A stretch of 56,471 nt of DNA from Eubacteriales bacterium (lineage in GTDB: Bacteria; Bacillota; Clostridia; Lachnospirales; JAVBJY01). The notes beneath the pieces were generated by a model, which saw only the letters and a program-made list of their open reading frames with translations, had not been told where the DNA came from and made no database searches. The stretch is taken from the NCBI GenBank assembly GCA_031546735.1, contig JAVBJY010000100.1, positions 1-56,471 on the forward strand, read 5' to 3'. This document shows, piece by piece, positions 37,573 through 48,419 of this stretch; position 1 is the first letter of the stretch; every line of letters starts with the position of its first letter. The translations under genes were made by a program, and so were the position numbers.

Positions 37573-38064
37573 CTAGCACCAAACGATTACTTTCGTCGGT
37601 GTCGTTTGGGCGGGGATACTTCTGGTGGAATAGCGATAGGCCACGATGAGGGTTCGGTTTGTGATACTTCTTGTAAAGGCTTGCCCATTTCGGAGTACGG
37701 GTTGTGTACGTGGGGAAAGGTTTAGCTTTAATTGCCCATCAAGACTCACCAACTGGTCATCAAAATAGTCTACTTTTACTGTTTGGAAGGGGTCGTCTTT
37801 TACCATAATCAGTGCTTGGTATTGTGGCGGAAAAATCATTGGAACTGGCGCATCTCCGTCATAATAGCCTGTTACTGGGTCTCCTACAGAAACCATGGCG
37901 TTGTTCACAAAATAAGTGGTGGGGGATATGACAAAATTAACCAAGTCGCCTTGCCTGTTGTCAACAGACATGAATGTATAGCAACCGCCGCCATCATCGG
38001 TTGCCCCAGTCATAAAATTGCTGATGCTGGTGACAGTGCCGTAAAACGAGTTAAGATTTAGCAT
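37573..38064 (-). CDS. Hypothetical protein upstream of sleC
   Basis: 163-aa ORF with GGAGG RBS; APVPMIFPPQY and STRSIPAQTTP motifs; CATAnnnT element upstream. Confidence 0.75.
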   Translation of the reverse strand: MLNLNSFYGTVTSISNFMTGATDDGGGCYTFMSVDNRQGDLVNFVISPTTYFVNNAMVSVGDPVTGYYDGDAPVPMIFPPQYQALIMVKDDPFQTVKVDYFDDQLVSLDGQLKLNLSPRTQPVLRNGQAFTRSITNRTLIVAYRYSTRSIPAQTTPTKVIVWC

Positions 38065-38127
38065 AGCGAACCTCCATGTTGAGTTAGATATACACTATAT
38101 GTATGCATGAGGGCGTATTGTTTGCGT

Positions 38128-38174
38128 CAAAATTCAGAAAGGCCGCCATGGTTAGGCGGCCTTTCTGAATTTTG
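38128..38174. terminator. Terminator of the giant surface-protein gene
   Basis: CAAAATTCAGAAAGGCCGCC/GGCGGCCTTTCTGAATTTTG, 20-bp perfect stem. Confidence 0.8.
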
Positions 38175-41100
38175 CTAAGATTTTTTGTAAAAACTACCCA
38201 CATTCGCTGTTGCCTTCATGCTTGTCAAATCGTTCCAAACAAACGCTTTCACATGATGGGCGACTTGACCTGGTTTGAGATTCAAGCTTGCGTCAAATGT
38301 TCCGTTCACGCATTGGCTTGTATTTTTATAGACAATTGACAATAGTTCATCTTTACTCCCGTACACTGCGACAATGACAAACGCTGTATTTTCCGCATCA
38401 CGTTGGGCAAAGTTCACGCTCACGTTAATAGTTTCGGTAGAGGGAATATCGTCTAGTATCTCTCCTTTGGCTCCAATCGGAGCCACATAGCGAATCGAAT
38501 AGGCATGACTTGCTTCAATTGCTTTTTCCTCAAATACAAGAATGGAAAACGTATCTGTCTTGCCACCTGATGTAACCGTAATGATTTGAACACCAGTTTT
38601 GGAGGAATCATAGCCTGTCAACGTGCAGTTCGTTGTGCTAACTTGCGCGGTGCTACCATCGCTGTAGGTGGCGTTTACAACCATGCCAGAAACATCAATG
38701 GCTTCATTCACCTTATACGCCAATTTGGTAGGCAGTGTCTCTATCTTTATTTGCGTTGTTACCTTTTCGGCTGCAGGGTGAACGTAAATCGAAAATGGCA
38801 CAGAGTACCCAAGATAATTGGCGGTTAGCGTTTGGCTTCCCGCTTTATTAGGATCATAGCCTGTTACGGTAAAGCCTGTGGTTATTATCTTTGAGGTTCC
38901 GTCAGCATAAAATTCACACAGGGTAAGCCCTGTTCGGTCAAATGCTTCGCCAAATTGGTATTCTGTTTTTGTTGGATATGTTTGCACGGTGACATCGTAC
39001 ACCACGTTATCGATGACAGAAACGCTAAGGGTTTTGCTCTGGCCGCCATAGGTAAGCGTGATAAGCTGTGTACCTACTTTGTTTTTGTCGTAGCCTGATA
39101 TACCAATATCAGTTGAAACGCTTGTTTCAGAGGCGTCGCTGTAGTACACACCCAAAACCAACCCTGTCAAGTCGAGGTCAGATCCGACGACATATGTCAA
39201 TTGCTTCGGATAAGAAATAAACCAGAGGCCTACAATTTGTTTTTGCTTGACCTCTACTGTAAAGGCATCCGATTTTCCACCATAATGCACAGTGATCGTT
39301 TGCGTTCCAGCTTTGTTCGCGTCATAGCCAGTTAGCTCAAAACCTGTGGAAATGATTTCTGATGTACCGTTATAATAATTTATTTTTACGGTCATGCCCG
39401 TTGGGTCAAGGGCTTCACCCGCCCAATACAAAAGTTTTGTTGGGTGTGTTTGGATAATGGTATCTTTTGCGAGTATATCGACAACGGATATACTGATGGT
39501 CACGGTTTTACTGCCGTAGGCTAGCGTAACAAGCTGTGAACCAATTGTATTTTTGTCATAATTGGATACATCGAAGCCAGTTGCAATGCTGTCTTGTGAA
39601 CCATCATTATAAGTTACGCCAAGAGTCAGCCCTCTCCAGTCAATATCCTCACCTTTCGCAAATGTCTGTCGGTCTGGATAAGAATCAATCTTGAGAGCGG
39701 TGACTTGCCTTTGCCCAACGGTTACCGTGAAGTTAGCTGATTCTCCCGCGTAGGTAACAATAATCGTTTGCGTGCCGGGCGTTGTTGGGTCATAGCCAGT
39801 CACGTCAAAACCTGTAGAAATTACGTCTGTATCGCCGTTATTATAGCGCAATTGTAGGCTAAACCCTGTGAGGTCAAGCGCTTCGCCAAACTGGTATTGC
39901 ACTTTTGTCGGCGATGTTTGTACGTAGACTTGCGTCACGGTTTTAGCGACAACAGAGACGCTAAAGGTTGTGGTCTTACCACCATAGGTTAGCGTGATAA
40001 GCTGTGAACCGATTTTGTTTTCGTCATAACCAGATACCCCGATGTCGGTCGAAACGTTCACGATCTCACCATTGCTATAAGTTACGCCAAGAACCAACCC
40101 TGCCAAGTCGAGATATGACCCGACTACATACGACAGCTTGGTTGGGTAAGAATTAATCTGGAGTGCTGTGACTTGCTTTGGAAGCACCTCTACCGTGAAG
40201 GTAGCTGATTTTTCCGCGTAGGTAACGGTGATCGTTTGTGTGCCAGACGCTGTTGGGTCATAGCCAGTCACTGCAAAGCCAGTAGAAATTACCTCTGTAT
40301 CGCTGTTATTATAGCTTAATTGTAGGCTAAGCCCTGTTAGGTCAAGCGCTTCGCCAAACTGGTATTGTACTTTTGTCGGAGCTGTTTGTACGGTGACTTG
40401 CGTCACGGCTCTAGCGACAACAGAAACGCTAAAGGTTATGGTCTTGCCGCCATAGGTTAGCGTGATAAGCTGTGAACCCGTTTTATTTTTGTCATAACCA
40501 GAGGCGTCGATACCAGAGGAAACACTCACGACATCACCGCTACTATAGGTTACGCCAAGAACCAGCCCCGTCAAGTCGAGGTCAGACCCGACTACATAGG
40601 ACAGTTTTGTCGGATAAGAATTAAACTTCAATTCTGAGATTTGCCTTTGCTGAACTTGAACGCCAAATGAATCTGTCTTTCCGCCATAATGCATCGTAAT
40701 CCTCTGTGTTCCGACTGTGTTTGGGTCATAGCCAGTCAACTCAAACCCTGTAGAAATGATTTCAGAGGTACCGTTATAATAAAATACTTCTACAGTCATA
40801 CCCGATGGATCAAGGGCTTCGCCCAACCAGTAGGAAAGCTTTGTTGGACGTGTTCGGATAAGGGTCTCTTGTGCGACCACATCTACGACAGATACACTAA
40901 GGGTTACGGTTTTGCCGCCAAAGGTTAGCGTGACAACCTGTGTGCCAAGTTTATTTTTGTCATAGCCCGATATCGAGAATCCACTTGAGGTGACATCTTC
41001 AGAACCATTATTAAAGATTATACCAATGACCAACCCTGCCAAGTCAAGGTCTTCGCCTAATCCAAACGTCTGTCGGTATGGATATTCGTTTACCTTGAGG

Positions 41101-44100
41101 GATATAATCTGCCTGTACCCGACCAGTACCGTAAATTTAGCTGATTTTCCACCATAGGTGACGGTGAGCGTCTGCGTGTCTGAATCAAGCGGGTTATAGC
41201 CCTTCACCTCAAAACCAGTCGAGATGATTTCTGTATCGCCGTTATTATAGCGTACTTGCAGGCTAAGCCCTGTTAGGTCTAGTGGTTCGCCATATTGATA
41301 TACGAGTTTTGATGGCTGTGTTTGGATGGTGACGAGGCTCACCATTCTATCTGCGACAGATACTTCAACTGTCGTCGTCTTGCCGCCATAGGTTAGGGTT
41401 ATTGTTTGTGTGCCAGCTTTGTTTTTGTCATATCCAGAGACAACAAATCCATCTGTAATAGACTCATTGCTGCCGTCGTCATACAGTGCCTTTAGCACAA
41501 GGCCAGACAAATCAAGCGCTTCGCCAAACGTGTAGGTCGTTTTTGTCGGTGCCGTTTTGACTGTCACTGCGGACAGCGCTCTTGTGTTAACCGTTACAGT
41601 AAACGTTACAGTTTTTCCTGCATATGCTACGGTTATTGTTTGCGTGCCCACTGTTTTTGCGTCATAGCCCGTAAAGGTGTAGCCAGCCGTAATGTTTTCT
41701 GTACTGCCGTTGTTATAGGTTGCCTTTAACGTCAAGCCCTGCAAGTTGATTTCTTCGCCATATGCATAGACGGTCTGTTCAGGTGCGCCCAACAGGGTAA
41801 GCCCCGTCATCACTTTCTCTGCAACAGTTACTCTAAGTATCGTTGTCTTGCCAGAATAGGTCACGGTCAAGTCTTGCGCGCCAGCTTGTTCTTTTACATA
41901 GCCAGAAACAGTAAACTCATTTCTGATTTCGCTCGAACTGCCGTTATTATATGTGGCTTTTAGCACAATGCTTTGAAGATCAAGTTCTTCACCAAATGCG
42001 TAGGTGCGTTTTGCCTGTAACACTTCAAGCAGTGATACTTCGATAGGCATCACCTTTACAGCAAACGTTGCGACTTTTCCATCATACGTGACAGAAATTG
42101 TCTGCGAACCTGCCGTCGTTTGGTTATAGCCTGTTACCGTGTAATCAGAGGCAATCACTCTGCTGGTGTCGTCCGCATATACCGCGGTCAAAACCATGCC
42201 AGACAGGTCAAGCGCTTCGCCTACGAGATAGTCAGTTTTGTCAGGTGGTACAAGTGTCAATTCCCTGATTCCTTTTTTGGAAACGACAACATCAAAATAT
42301 TTTTTGATGCCTCGGTATTCAATGCAAACGGTTTGGGCGCCAAATACGTTTGTGTCAAAGCCCGTGACTTTGTAGCCCTCCGTAATGTTTTGTGTTGTAC
42401 CATCGTTGTACTTGATGGCAACGATCATGCCAGTTGTGTCAAGCTGTTCGCCCTCGGTATAGCTGAGCTTGGAAGGCGGCGTCACCTCAACATCAAAATC
42501 ATTGGATATGAGTTTAAATGTAAGCCAATTTTCATCTGCAAAGTCTCTAACATACTGATTTTCAACCGAGTAGATTGTCAAATCTTCACAGCCATAAAAT
42601 GTAAGTTGGCCAATCGAGGTTACATTGCCATATAAGAATATGTCTAACAAGTTTACACAGCCATAAAATACACGCTCTGGAAGCTTCGTGATATTATAGC
42701 CTATGTTGGCACTTTTCAGTTTTGCACAACCATAAAAGGCACCGTCACCCACAGACGTCATGCCGTCTGGAATCGTGATGTCGGTGAAGCCGCATGACCG
42801 AAATGCATACGTGCCGATCGTCTTCATGCTAGATGGAAACAGGATTTCGGTAAGCTTGTTGCAGTTATAAAAGGCATAGGCATCTATCGTATTTAAGGCT
42901 TTGCTGGCGCTTAAGTTAACACCTGTCAAGCCTGTACACGCGTAGAACGCATATTGACCAATCGTACGCACACTACTTGGAATCGTCACGTCAGAAAGAG
43001 AGGCGCAACCATAAAATGTATATTCTAATATATCTTGTATCTTATCAGAGATGATTGTTTTTTTGAGGCTGTTGCAGTCATAAAACGCATAACTTCCGAT
43101 GAAAGACACACTCGGTGCCCACGCATCCGTAAGCGCCTTACAAGTATAGAACGCTTTTTGCCCGATGCGGTCTAGGGTTTTTGACATGTTTATTTTTACC
43201 AAGTCAACACAACCATAGAAGGACGAATCGCCGATTGTCGTGATGCCGTCTTCTAGCGTAACGACGGCTATGTTTTGACCGCGGTTCGCCTCCCCATCAA
43301 TCGCAAATAATTTATCTGCAATCACACCATCTACATACTTCAAGAGAACATTCACACTCTTACAGCCTATAAATGCATTGTGGCCAATGCTCTTCACGCT
43401 GTCTGGCATGGTCAGATCTTTCATCGCGCTACAATTATAAAAAGCATTTTTCCCGATACTCTTCATGCCGTTTTCAAGCACAACCGCAGACATTTGTTGA
43501 CCAGAGTAGATCGTATTGCTCTTGCCAGAAAACAAATCGTCAGCAATGGCGCCGTTTGCCAGTCTCACGAGTATCGTAATGTTGTTGCATTTATCAAATG
43601 CGTTGGTTCCGATTGTTTGCATCAAGTCAGACATAGAAATGATATTCAGTTTTTCAGACTCGTTAAAGGCATAGGCACCAATCGCCCTTACGTCGTTTGA
43701 CAAAAAAACGTCTGTCAGCAGCAGACATCGCGAGAAGGCGTAATCGCCAATCGAATAGATGCCGTCACCAATTTCAACCGTACGTATTTGTTGCGCTAAG
43801 AACAAGTTGTTCTTGATGGTGCCGCTTGCATATCTGATTTTGGCGGCAAGCACGCCACATTTATCAAATGCACCCGTCCCAATTTGTGTCATGTTGTCGG
43901 ATATAGACAAGTTCTTTAAGCTGCTACATTCGAAAAATGCCAAGCTTCCGATACTTGTGGTGCTATCTGGTGTCACGATTTCAGAGAGGTTGGCACAGCC
44001 TCTAAAGGCACCGTCACCAATCGAAACCAAAACAGAAGGGAAGGTGATGGTTGCCATTGGAGATTTTCTAAATGCGTTATTGCCGATTTTTGTAACACCT

Positions 44101-47100
44101 GTGCCCAGATTGACCGTGTTAAGCGTGATACAGCTGTCAAATACGGAATCGCTTATTTCGGCTACACCGTTTGGTATCGTAATTGTTTTTAAACTCGCAC
44201 AGCCACTAAACGCACCACTTCCCAAGCTGGTCACAGTGGCCGGAATCGTGATTTGAGAAAGAAGCACACAATCTTTAAACGTTGCACTGCCGATTTGAAT
44301 AAGCCCTGCGCGTACAGTTGTTCTTGTTAGCTTTTGATTATTTTGAAATGCCTTATCGCCGATGCTGACAACGCCACTCGGAACCGTCACCGTTTGCAGC
44401 GCCGAATTGATAAACGCACCTTCACCGATTGTTGTCGCAGCACTGCCGATAACGGCAGTAGAAAGCTTTGGACAATTGCCAAAGGCATAATTGCCAACGC
44501 CAGTGGCAGAAGTGCCGATGGTTGCCGATTCGAGGTTATCGCATCCATAAAATGCATAATCGCCAAAGGCGGTTACGCTATCGGGTATGTTGACTTCTGT
44601 AAGCGCTTTACAGTTATAGAAGGAATAATCACCAATACGGGTGATGCCATCCTTTATCGTGACATTTTTAAGATTAGAGCATTCGGCGAAGGAATTTTTT
44701 CCGAGGCTTGCAACAGTGCCAGGTATGGTTACATCCACAATCCCTTTACAGTCGGCGAAGGCGTAATCTCCGATTGCCTTGATGTTGTTTGGTATGGCGA
44801 TAGCGGTGACCGTGCTTGCACCTCTAAATGCCCCTGTGCCTACCTTTTCGACGACAGCGCCGCCCAATGTCCCCGGAAGCGTGATGTTTGTGCTTGTCGT
44901 CTTGCAACTGGTAATCTCGGCTTTACCATTTGATATGATGTAAGAATAACTGTCTAAACCGATTTTTTCTTCACTATCTAAAAGTTCATAGCTGATGCTG
45001 TTTCTCTTTGCGTAGGCCAGAGCGGCTGAATTGTTATAGCATTTTATTTTCACTCTGTTGTTCATATAGAATATGCCATCTGCAATGGAGGTGACGCTGT
45101 AGGGAATGCTTATGTTTACAGTGGTATGGGAAAGGCCGGTAAAGGCATCTGCCCCAATTGTTCTTGTGCCGTCTGGAACGTTGATGGATATGGTTGCGCC
45201 ACTGCGCATGGTTCTAAAAGCATCTGCAATATACTTGACGCCAGAGGGAATGTTGATGGCATTATTGGTATCCTTGCCACGGATCAAAACACCATCCCCA
45301 ATGATCAGGAAGTCGTCGGTTTGGCTTGAAAGCCATTTTGTGTTATAAAACGCGTTGCTACCAGCGCTTACGACCGTCTTCGGAATCTGGATGGAGGTAA
45401 TTTGGTTGTAGTTATAAAATGCACCATATGGAATCTGCGTTGCCTTTGTTATGTTGACGGTCTTTAAGGCACTAGGGGCGTAACAATACGTAGAGCTAGA
45501 ACTGCTATATTGTTGTGAAACATAACCCGCTGTGTTAGAAATGGTTTGCCCAAAAATATATCCAAATACAGAGGAGGATGAACCGCTGGTTGTGCCTGTG
45601 TTTCCGATGAAGGGCAACGTGATTTCAGTCAAACCCGAACAGCCTAGGAACGTACTCGAACCGATAGAGGTCACACTGTCGGGTATGGTCACGCTTGTAA
45701 GTGCTGCGCAATCTTTGAATGCATAGTCGCCGATAGAGAGTATGCCATTATTCATTATCACGCTTGTTAGCTTCGGACAGTAATAAAATGCATAACTGTC
45801 TACGGCGGTAACGGCTTGCGGTATTGTTATGTTTTTTAATTGGGAGCAAACGCCAAATGCATATGTACCGATTCTTGTAACGGTTTCAGGTATGGCGACT
45901 GTGGATAACGTGTTACATGCATAAAATAAATATGGACTGATGGTCTGCAACTGGGTAGATAATTTTGCGTTTTTTAGGTTTGCACAACTTTGAAATGCAT
46001 TTGTTCCAATTGTCTGCACATTGTCAGACATAGATAGATTTGTTATTTTGCTACAGCTGAAAAACGCATAGTTGCCGATGCTGGTTACGGCTTGTGGTAT
46101 GATGATGGCGGTGCTGATCTCATTGCCAGGTGTCTTTATCGTTGTGACACTAGTACAGTAATAAAAAGCATAATTGTTAATCACGGTCACGGTATCTGGG
46201 AGTGTTATACTGGTCAAACTACTACAATTGGAAAAAGCGCCAGTGGGAATTTGTGTCGCTTTTGTTACCGTGACGGTGCGTAGACCACTTGGTATGAAGT
46301 AGTAATTATCATAGCTGCTGCTTCCGCTAGGTGAATAGATTTGGCTCGTTGTACCCGCAGCTGAAATGGAGCTAGACCCGAAGATATATCCAAACACAGA
46401 AGAAACGGTATTATTACTTGAAGCAGTTGCCCCGACAAAGGGCAGGGTGATTTCGGTTAAGCCTGAACAGCCTTGAAACGTACCTAAACCGATAGAGGTT
46501 ACACTGTCGGGTATGGTCACACTTGTAAGTGCCGCACAGTTTTGGAATGCGTAGTCGCCGATAGAGAGTATACGGTTATTGAAGGTTACAGTTGCTAACT
46601 TCGAACAGCCATAAAATGCATAACTGTCTACGGCGGTGACAGCTTGTGGCGTTATTATGTTTTTTAATTCGGAGCACCAGGCAAATGCATATGTACCGAT
46701 TTTTGTAACGGTTTCGGGTATGGCGATGGTTGGTAATGCGGAACATGATGCAAATGAATATGAACTGATGGCTTGCAACTGGGTCGGTAATTTCACACTC
46801 TTTAAATTTGAACAATATTGAAACGCATTTGCTCCGATTGTCTTCACATTGTCAGTCATCGACAAGCTTGTTGGTTTGTCGCAGTGATAGAAGGCATAGT
46901 CGCCGATGCTGGTTACGGCTTGTGGTATGATGATGGCGGTGCTGCTCTCATTGCCAGGTGTCGTTATCGTTGTGGCACTGCTACAGTAATAAAAAGCATA
47001 ATTGTTAATCACGGTCACGGTATCTGGGAGTGTTATACGGGTCAGATTGCCACAATTGGAGAAAGCGCCAGTGGGGATTTGTGTCGCTTTTGTTATTGTG

Positions 47101-48419
47101 ACGGTGCGTAGACTACTTGGTATGTAATAGTAATTATCATAGCTGGTACTGCCGCTAGGTGAATAGATTTGGCTCGTTGTACCCGCAGCTGAAATGGAGC
47201 TAGACCCGAAGATATATCCAAACACAGAAGAAGTGGTATTATTATTTATAGCAGTTTGCCCTACAAAGGGCAGGGTGATTTCGGTTAAGCCTGCACAGCC
47301 TTTAAACGTACCTAAACCGATAGAGGTTACACTGTCGGGTATGGTCACACTTGTAAGTGCAGCACAGTTTTGGAATGCGTAGTCGCCGATAGAAAGTATA
47401 CGGTTATTGAAGGTTACAGTTGCTAACTTCGAACAGCCATAAAATGCATAACTGTCTACGGCGGTGACAGCTTGTGGCGTTGTTATGTTTTTTAATTCGG
47501 AGCACCAGGCAAATGCATATGTACCGATTTTTGTAACGGTTTCTGGTAGGTCGATGGTTGGTAATGCGGAACATGATGCAAATGAATATGGATTGATGAC
47601 TTGCAACTGGGTCGATAATTTTACATTCGCTAAATTTATACAATATTGAAACGCATTTGCACCGATTGTCTTCACATTGTCAGTCATTGACAAATTTGTT
47701 GTTTTGTCGCAGTGATAGAAGGCATAGTCGCCGATGTTGGTTACGGCTTGTGGTATAATGATGGCGGTGCTGCTCTCATTGCCAGGTGTCGTTATCGTTG
47801 TAGCACTGGTACAGTTATAAAAAGCATAATTGTTAATCACGGTCACGGTATCTGGGAGTATTATACGGGTCAGATTGCTACAATTGGAGAAGGCGCCAGC
47901 GGGAATTTGTGTTGCTTTTGTTATTGTGACGGTGCGTAGACTACTTGGTATGTAATAGTAATTATCATAGCTGGTACTGCCGCTAGGTGAATAGATTTGC
48001 CTCGTTGTACCGGCAACAGTTGAACTGGAGGTAGCCCCGAAGATATATCCAAACACAGAAGAGGTAGTACCACTGGCGGTGCCTATGTTGCCGACAAAGG
48101 GCAACGTGATGTTTGTGAGGGCGGTGCAACCCTTAAAGGCGCTGTCTCCGATACTGGTTACACTGTCGGGCACGACGACACTGGTCAAATTGGTGCAGTT
48201 TGAAAATGCACTAGCAGCAATGGTGGTTACGGTATACCCATCTAGCGTCGAGGGGATTGTCACACTACCGCTTACACTTTTGGTAAAACCTGTAATGGTT
48301 GCATTGGTGCCTGATACCGTGTAGGTGTAATCACCCGAAACCGACGCAGACACAGGAACAAAACAAAATGAAAATAAAGTAACTAAAAATGAAACGAAGA
48401 ACACGAACCGTTTTTTCAT
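38175..48419 (-). CDS. Giant secreted surface protein (3,414 aa): BspA-type LRR (LRR_5) region + 17 Ig-like repeats + unassigned C-terminal domain
   Basis: Signal peptide MKKRFVFF...VSA; many xIPxxVTxIGxxAFxxCxxL repeats; repeats PTKxxYxxGExLDLTGL...GYD...GTQTITVTY; AAGGAGG RBS. Confidence 0.92.
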   Translation of the reverse strand: MKKRFVFFVSFLVTLFSFCFVPVSASVSGDYTYTVSGTNATITGFTKSVSGSVTIPSTLDGYTVTTIAASAFSNCTNLTSVVVPDSVTSIGDSAFKGCTALTNITLPFVGNIGTASGTTSSVFGYIFGATSSSTVAGTTRQIYSPSGSTSYDNYYYIPSSLRTVTITKATQIPAGAFSNCSNLTRIILPDTVTVINNYAFYNCTSATTITTPGNESSTAIIIPQAVTNIGDYAFYHCDKTTNLSMTDNVKTIGANAFQYCINLANVKLSTQLQVINPYSFASCSALPTIDLPETVTKIGTYAFAWCSELKNITTPQAVTAVDSYAFYGCSKLATVTFNNRILSIGDYAFQNCAALTSVTIPDSVTSIGLGTFKGCAGLTEITLPFVGQTAINNNTTSSVFGYIFGSSSISAAGTTSQIYSPSGSTSYDNYYYIPSSLRTVTITKATQIPTGAFSNCGNLTRITLPDTVTVINNYAFYYCSSATTITTPGNESSTAIIIPQAVTSIGDYAFYHCDKPTSLSMTDNVKTIGANAFQYCSNLKSVKLPTQLQAISSYSFASCSALPTIAIPETVTKIGTYAFAWCSELKNIITPQAVTAVDSYAFYGCSKLATVTFNNRILSIGDYAFQNCAALTSVTIPDSVTSIGLGTFQGCSGLTEITLPFVGATASSNNTVSSVFGYIFGSSSISAAGTTSQIYSPSGSSSYDNYYFIPSGLRTVTVTKATQIPTGAFSNCSSLTSITLPDTVTVINNYAFYYCTSVTTIKTPGNEISTAIIIPQAVTSIGNYAFFSCSKITNLSMSDNVQTIGTNAFQSCANLKNAKLSTQLQTISPYLFYACNTLSTVAIPETVTRIGTYAFGVCSQLKNITIPQAVTAVDSYAFYYCPKLTSVIMNNGILSIGDYAFKDCAALTSVTIPDSVTSIGSSTFLGCSGLTEITLPFIGNTGTTSGSSSSVFGYIFGQTISNTAGYVSQQYSSSSSTYCYAPSALKTVNITKATQIPYGAFYNYNQITSIQIPKTVVSAGSNAFYNTKWLSSQTDDFLIIGDGVLIRGKDTNNAINIPSGVKYIADAFRTMRSGATISINVPDGTRTIGADAFTGLSHTTVNISIPYSVTSIADGIFYMNNRVKIKCYNNSAALAYAKRNSISYELLDSEEKIGLDSYSYIISNGKAEITSCKTTSTNITLPGTLGGAVVEKVGTGAFRGASTVTAIAIPNNIKAIGDYAFADCKGIVDVTIPGTVASLGKNSFAECSNLKNVTIKDGITRIGDYSFYNCKALTEVNIPDSVTAFGDYAFYGCDNLESATIGTSATGVGNYAFGNCPKLSTAVIGSAATTIGEGAFINSALQTVTVPSGVVSIGDKAFQNNQKLTRTTVRAGLIQIGSATFKDCVLLSQITIPATVTSLGSGAFSGCASLKTITIPNGVAEISDSVFDSCITLNTVNLGTGVTKIGNNAFRKSPMATITFPSVLVSIGDGAFRGCANLSEIVTPDSTTSIGSLAFFECSSLKNLSISDNMTQIGTGAFDKCGVLAAKIRYASGTIKNNLFLAQQIRTVEIGDGIYSIGDYAFSRCLLLTDVFLSNDVRAIGAYAFNESEKLNIISMSDLMQTIGTNAFDKCNNITILVRLANGAIADDLFSGKSNTIYSGQQMSAVVLENGMKSIGKNAFYNCSAMKDLTMPDSVKSIGHNAFIGCKSVNVLLKYVDGVIADKLFAIDGEANRGQNIAVVTLEDGITTIGDSSFYGCVDLVKINMSKTLDRIGQKAFYTCKALTDAWAPSVSFIGSYAFYDCNSLKKTIISDKIQDILEYTFYGCASLSDVTIPSSVRTIGQYAFYACTGLTGVNLSASKALNTIDAYAFYNCNKLTEILFPSSMKTIGTYAFRSCGFTDITIPDGMTSVGDGAFYGCAKLKSANIGYNITKLPERVFYGCVNLLDIFLYGNVTSIGQLTFYGCEDLTIYSVENQYVRDFADENWLTFKLISNDFDVEVTPPSKLSYTEGEQLDTTGMIVAIKYNDGTTQNITEGYKVTGFDTNVFGAQTVCIEYRGIKKYFDVVVSKKGIRELTLVPPDKTDYLVGEALDLSGMVLTAVYADDTSRVIASDYTVTGYNQTTAGSQTISVTYDGKVATFAVKVMPIEVSLLEVLQAKRTYAFGEELDLQSIVLKATYNNGSSSEIRNEFTVSGYVKEQAGAQDLTVTYSGKTTILRVTVAEKVMTGLTLLGAPEQTVYAYGEEINLQGLTLKATYNNGSTENITAGYTFTGYDAKTVGTQTITVAYAGKTVTFTVTVNTRALSAVTVKTAPTKTTYTFGEALDLSGLVLKALYDDGSNESITDGFVVSGYDKNKAGTQTITLTYGGKTTTVEVSVADRMVSLVTIQTQPSKLVYQYGEPLDLTGLSLQVRYNNGDTEIISTGFEVKGYNPLDSDTQTLTVTYGGKSAKFTVLVGYRQIISLKVNEYPYRQTFGLGEDLDLAGLVIGIIFNNGSEDVTSSGFSISGYDKNKLGTQVVTLTFGGKTVTLSVSVVDVVAQETLIRTRPTKLSYWLGEALDPSGMTVEVFYYNGTSEIISTGFELTGYDPNTVGTQRITMHYGGKTDSFGVQVQQRQISELKFNSYPTKLSYVVGSDLDLTGLVLGVTYSSGDVVSVSSGIDASGYDKNKTGSQLITLTYGGKTITFSVSVVARAVTQVTVQTAPTKVQYQFGEALDLTGLSLQLSYNNSDTEVISTGFAVTGYDPTASGTQTITVTYAEKSATFTVEVLPKQVTALQINSYPTKLSYVVGSYLDLAGLVLGVTYSNGEIVNVSTDIGVSGYDENKIGSQLITLTYGGKTTTFSVSVVAKTVTQVYVQTSPTKVQYQFGEALDLTGFSLQLRYNNGDTDVISTGFDVTGYDPTTPGTQTIIVTYAGESANFTVTVGQRQVTALKIDSYPDRQTFAKGEDIDWRGLTLGVTYNDGSQDSIATGFDVSNYDKNTIGSQLVTLAYGSKTVTISISVVDILAKDTIIQTHPTKLLYWAGEALDPTGMTVKINYYNGTSEIISTGFELTGYDANKAGTQTITVHYGGKSDAFTVEVKQKQIVGLWFISYPKQLTYVVGSDLDLTGLVLGVYYSDASETSVSTDIGISGYDKNKVGTQLITLTYGGQSKTLSVSVIDNVVYDVTVQTYPTKTEYQFGEAFDRTGLTLCEFYADGTSKIITTGFTVTGYDPNKAGSQTLTANYLGYSVPFSIYVHPAAEKVTTQIKIETLPTKLAYKVNEAIDVSGMVVNATYSDGSTAQVSTTNCTLTGYDSSKTGVQIITVTSGGKTDTFSILVFEEKAIEASHAYSIRYVAPIGAKGEILDDIPSTETINVSVNFAQRDAENTAFVIVAVYGSKDELLSIVYKNTSQCVNGTFDASLNLKPGQVAHHVKAFVWNDLTSMKATANVGSFYKKS
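38530..42490 (-). repeat. Array of 17 Ig-like domains (~78-80 aa each)
   Basis: Counted from the recurring P-x-K-x-x-Y-x-x-G-(E/S)-x-L-D motif. Confidence 0.85.
45560..48130 (-). repeat. About three tandem copies of an 828-bp (276-aa) LRR block
   Basis: Marker CTACTTGGTATG recurs at 47941, 47113 and (as CCACTTGGTATG) 46285. Confidence 0.88.
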
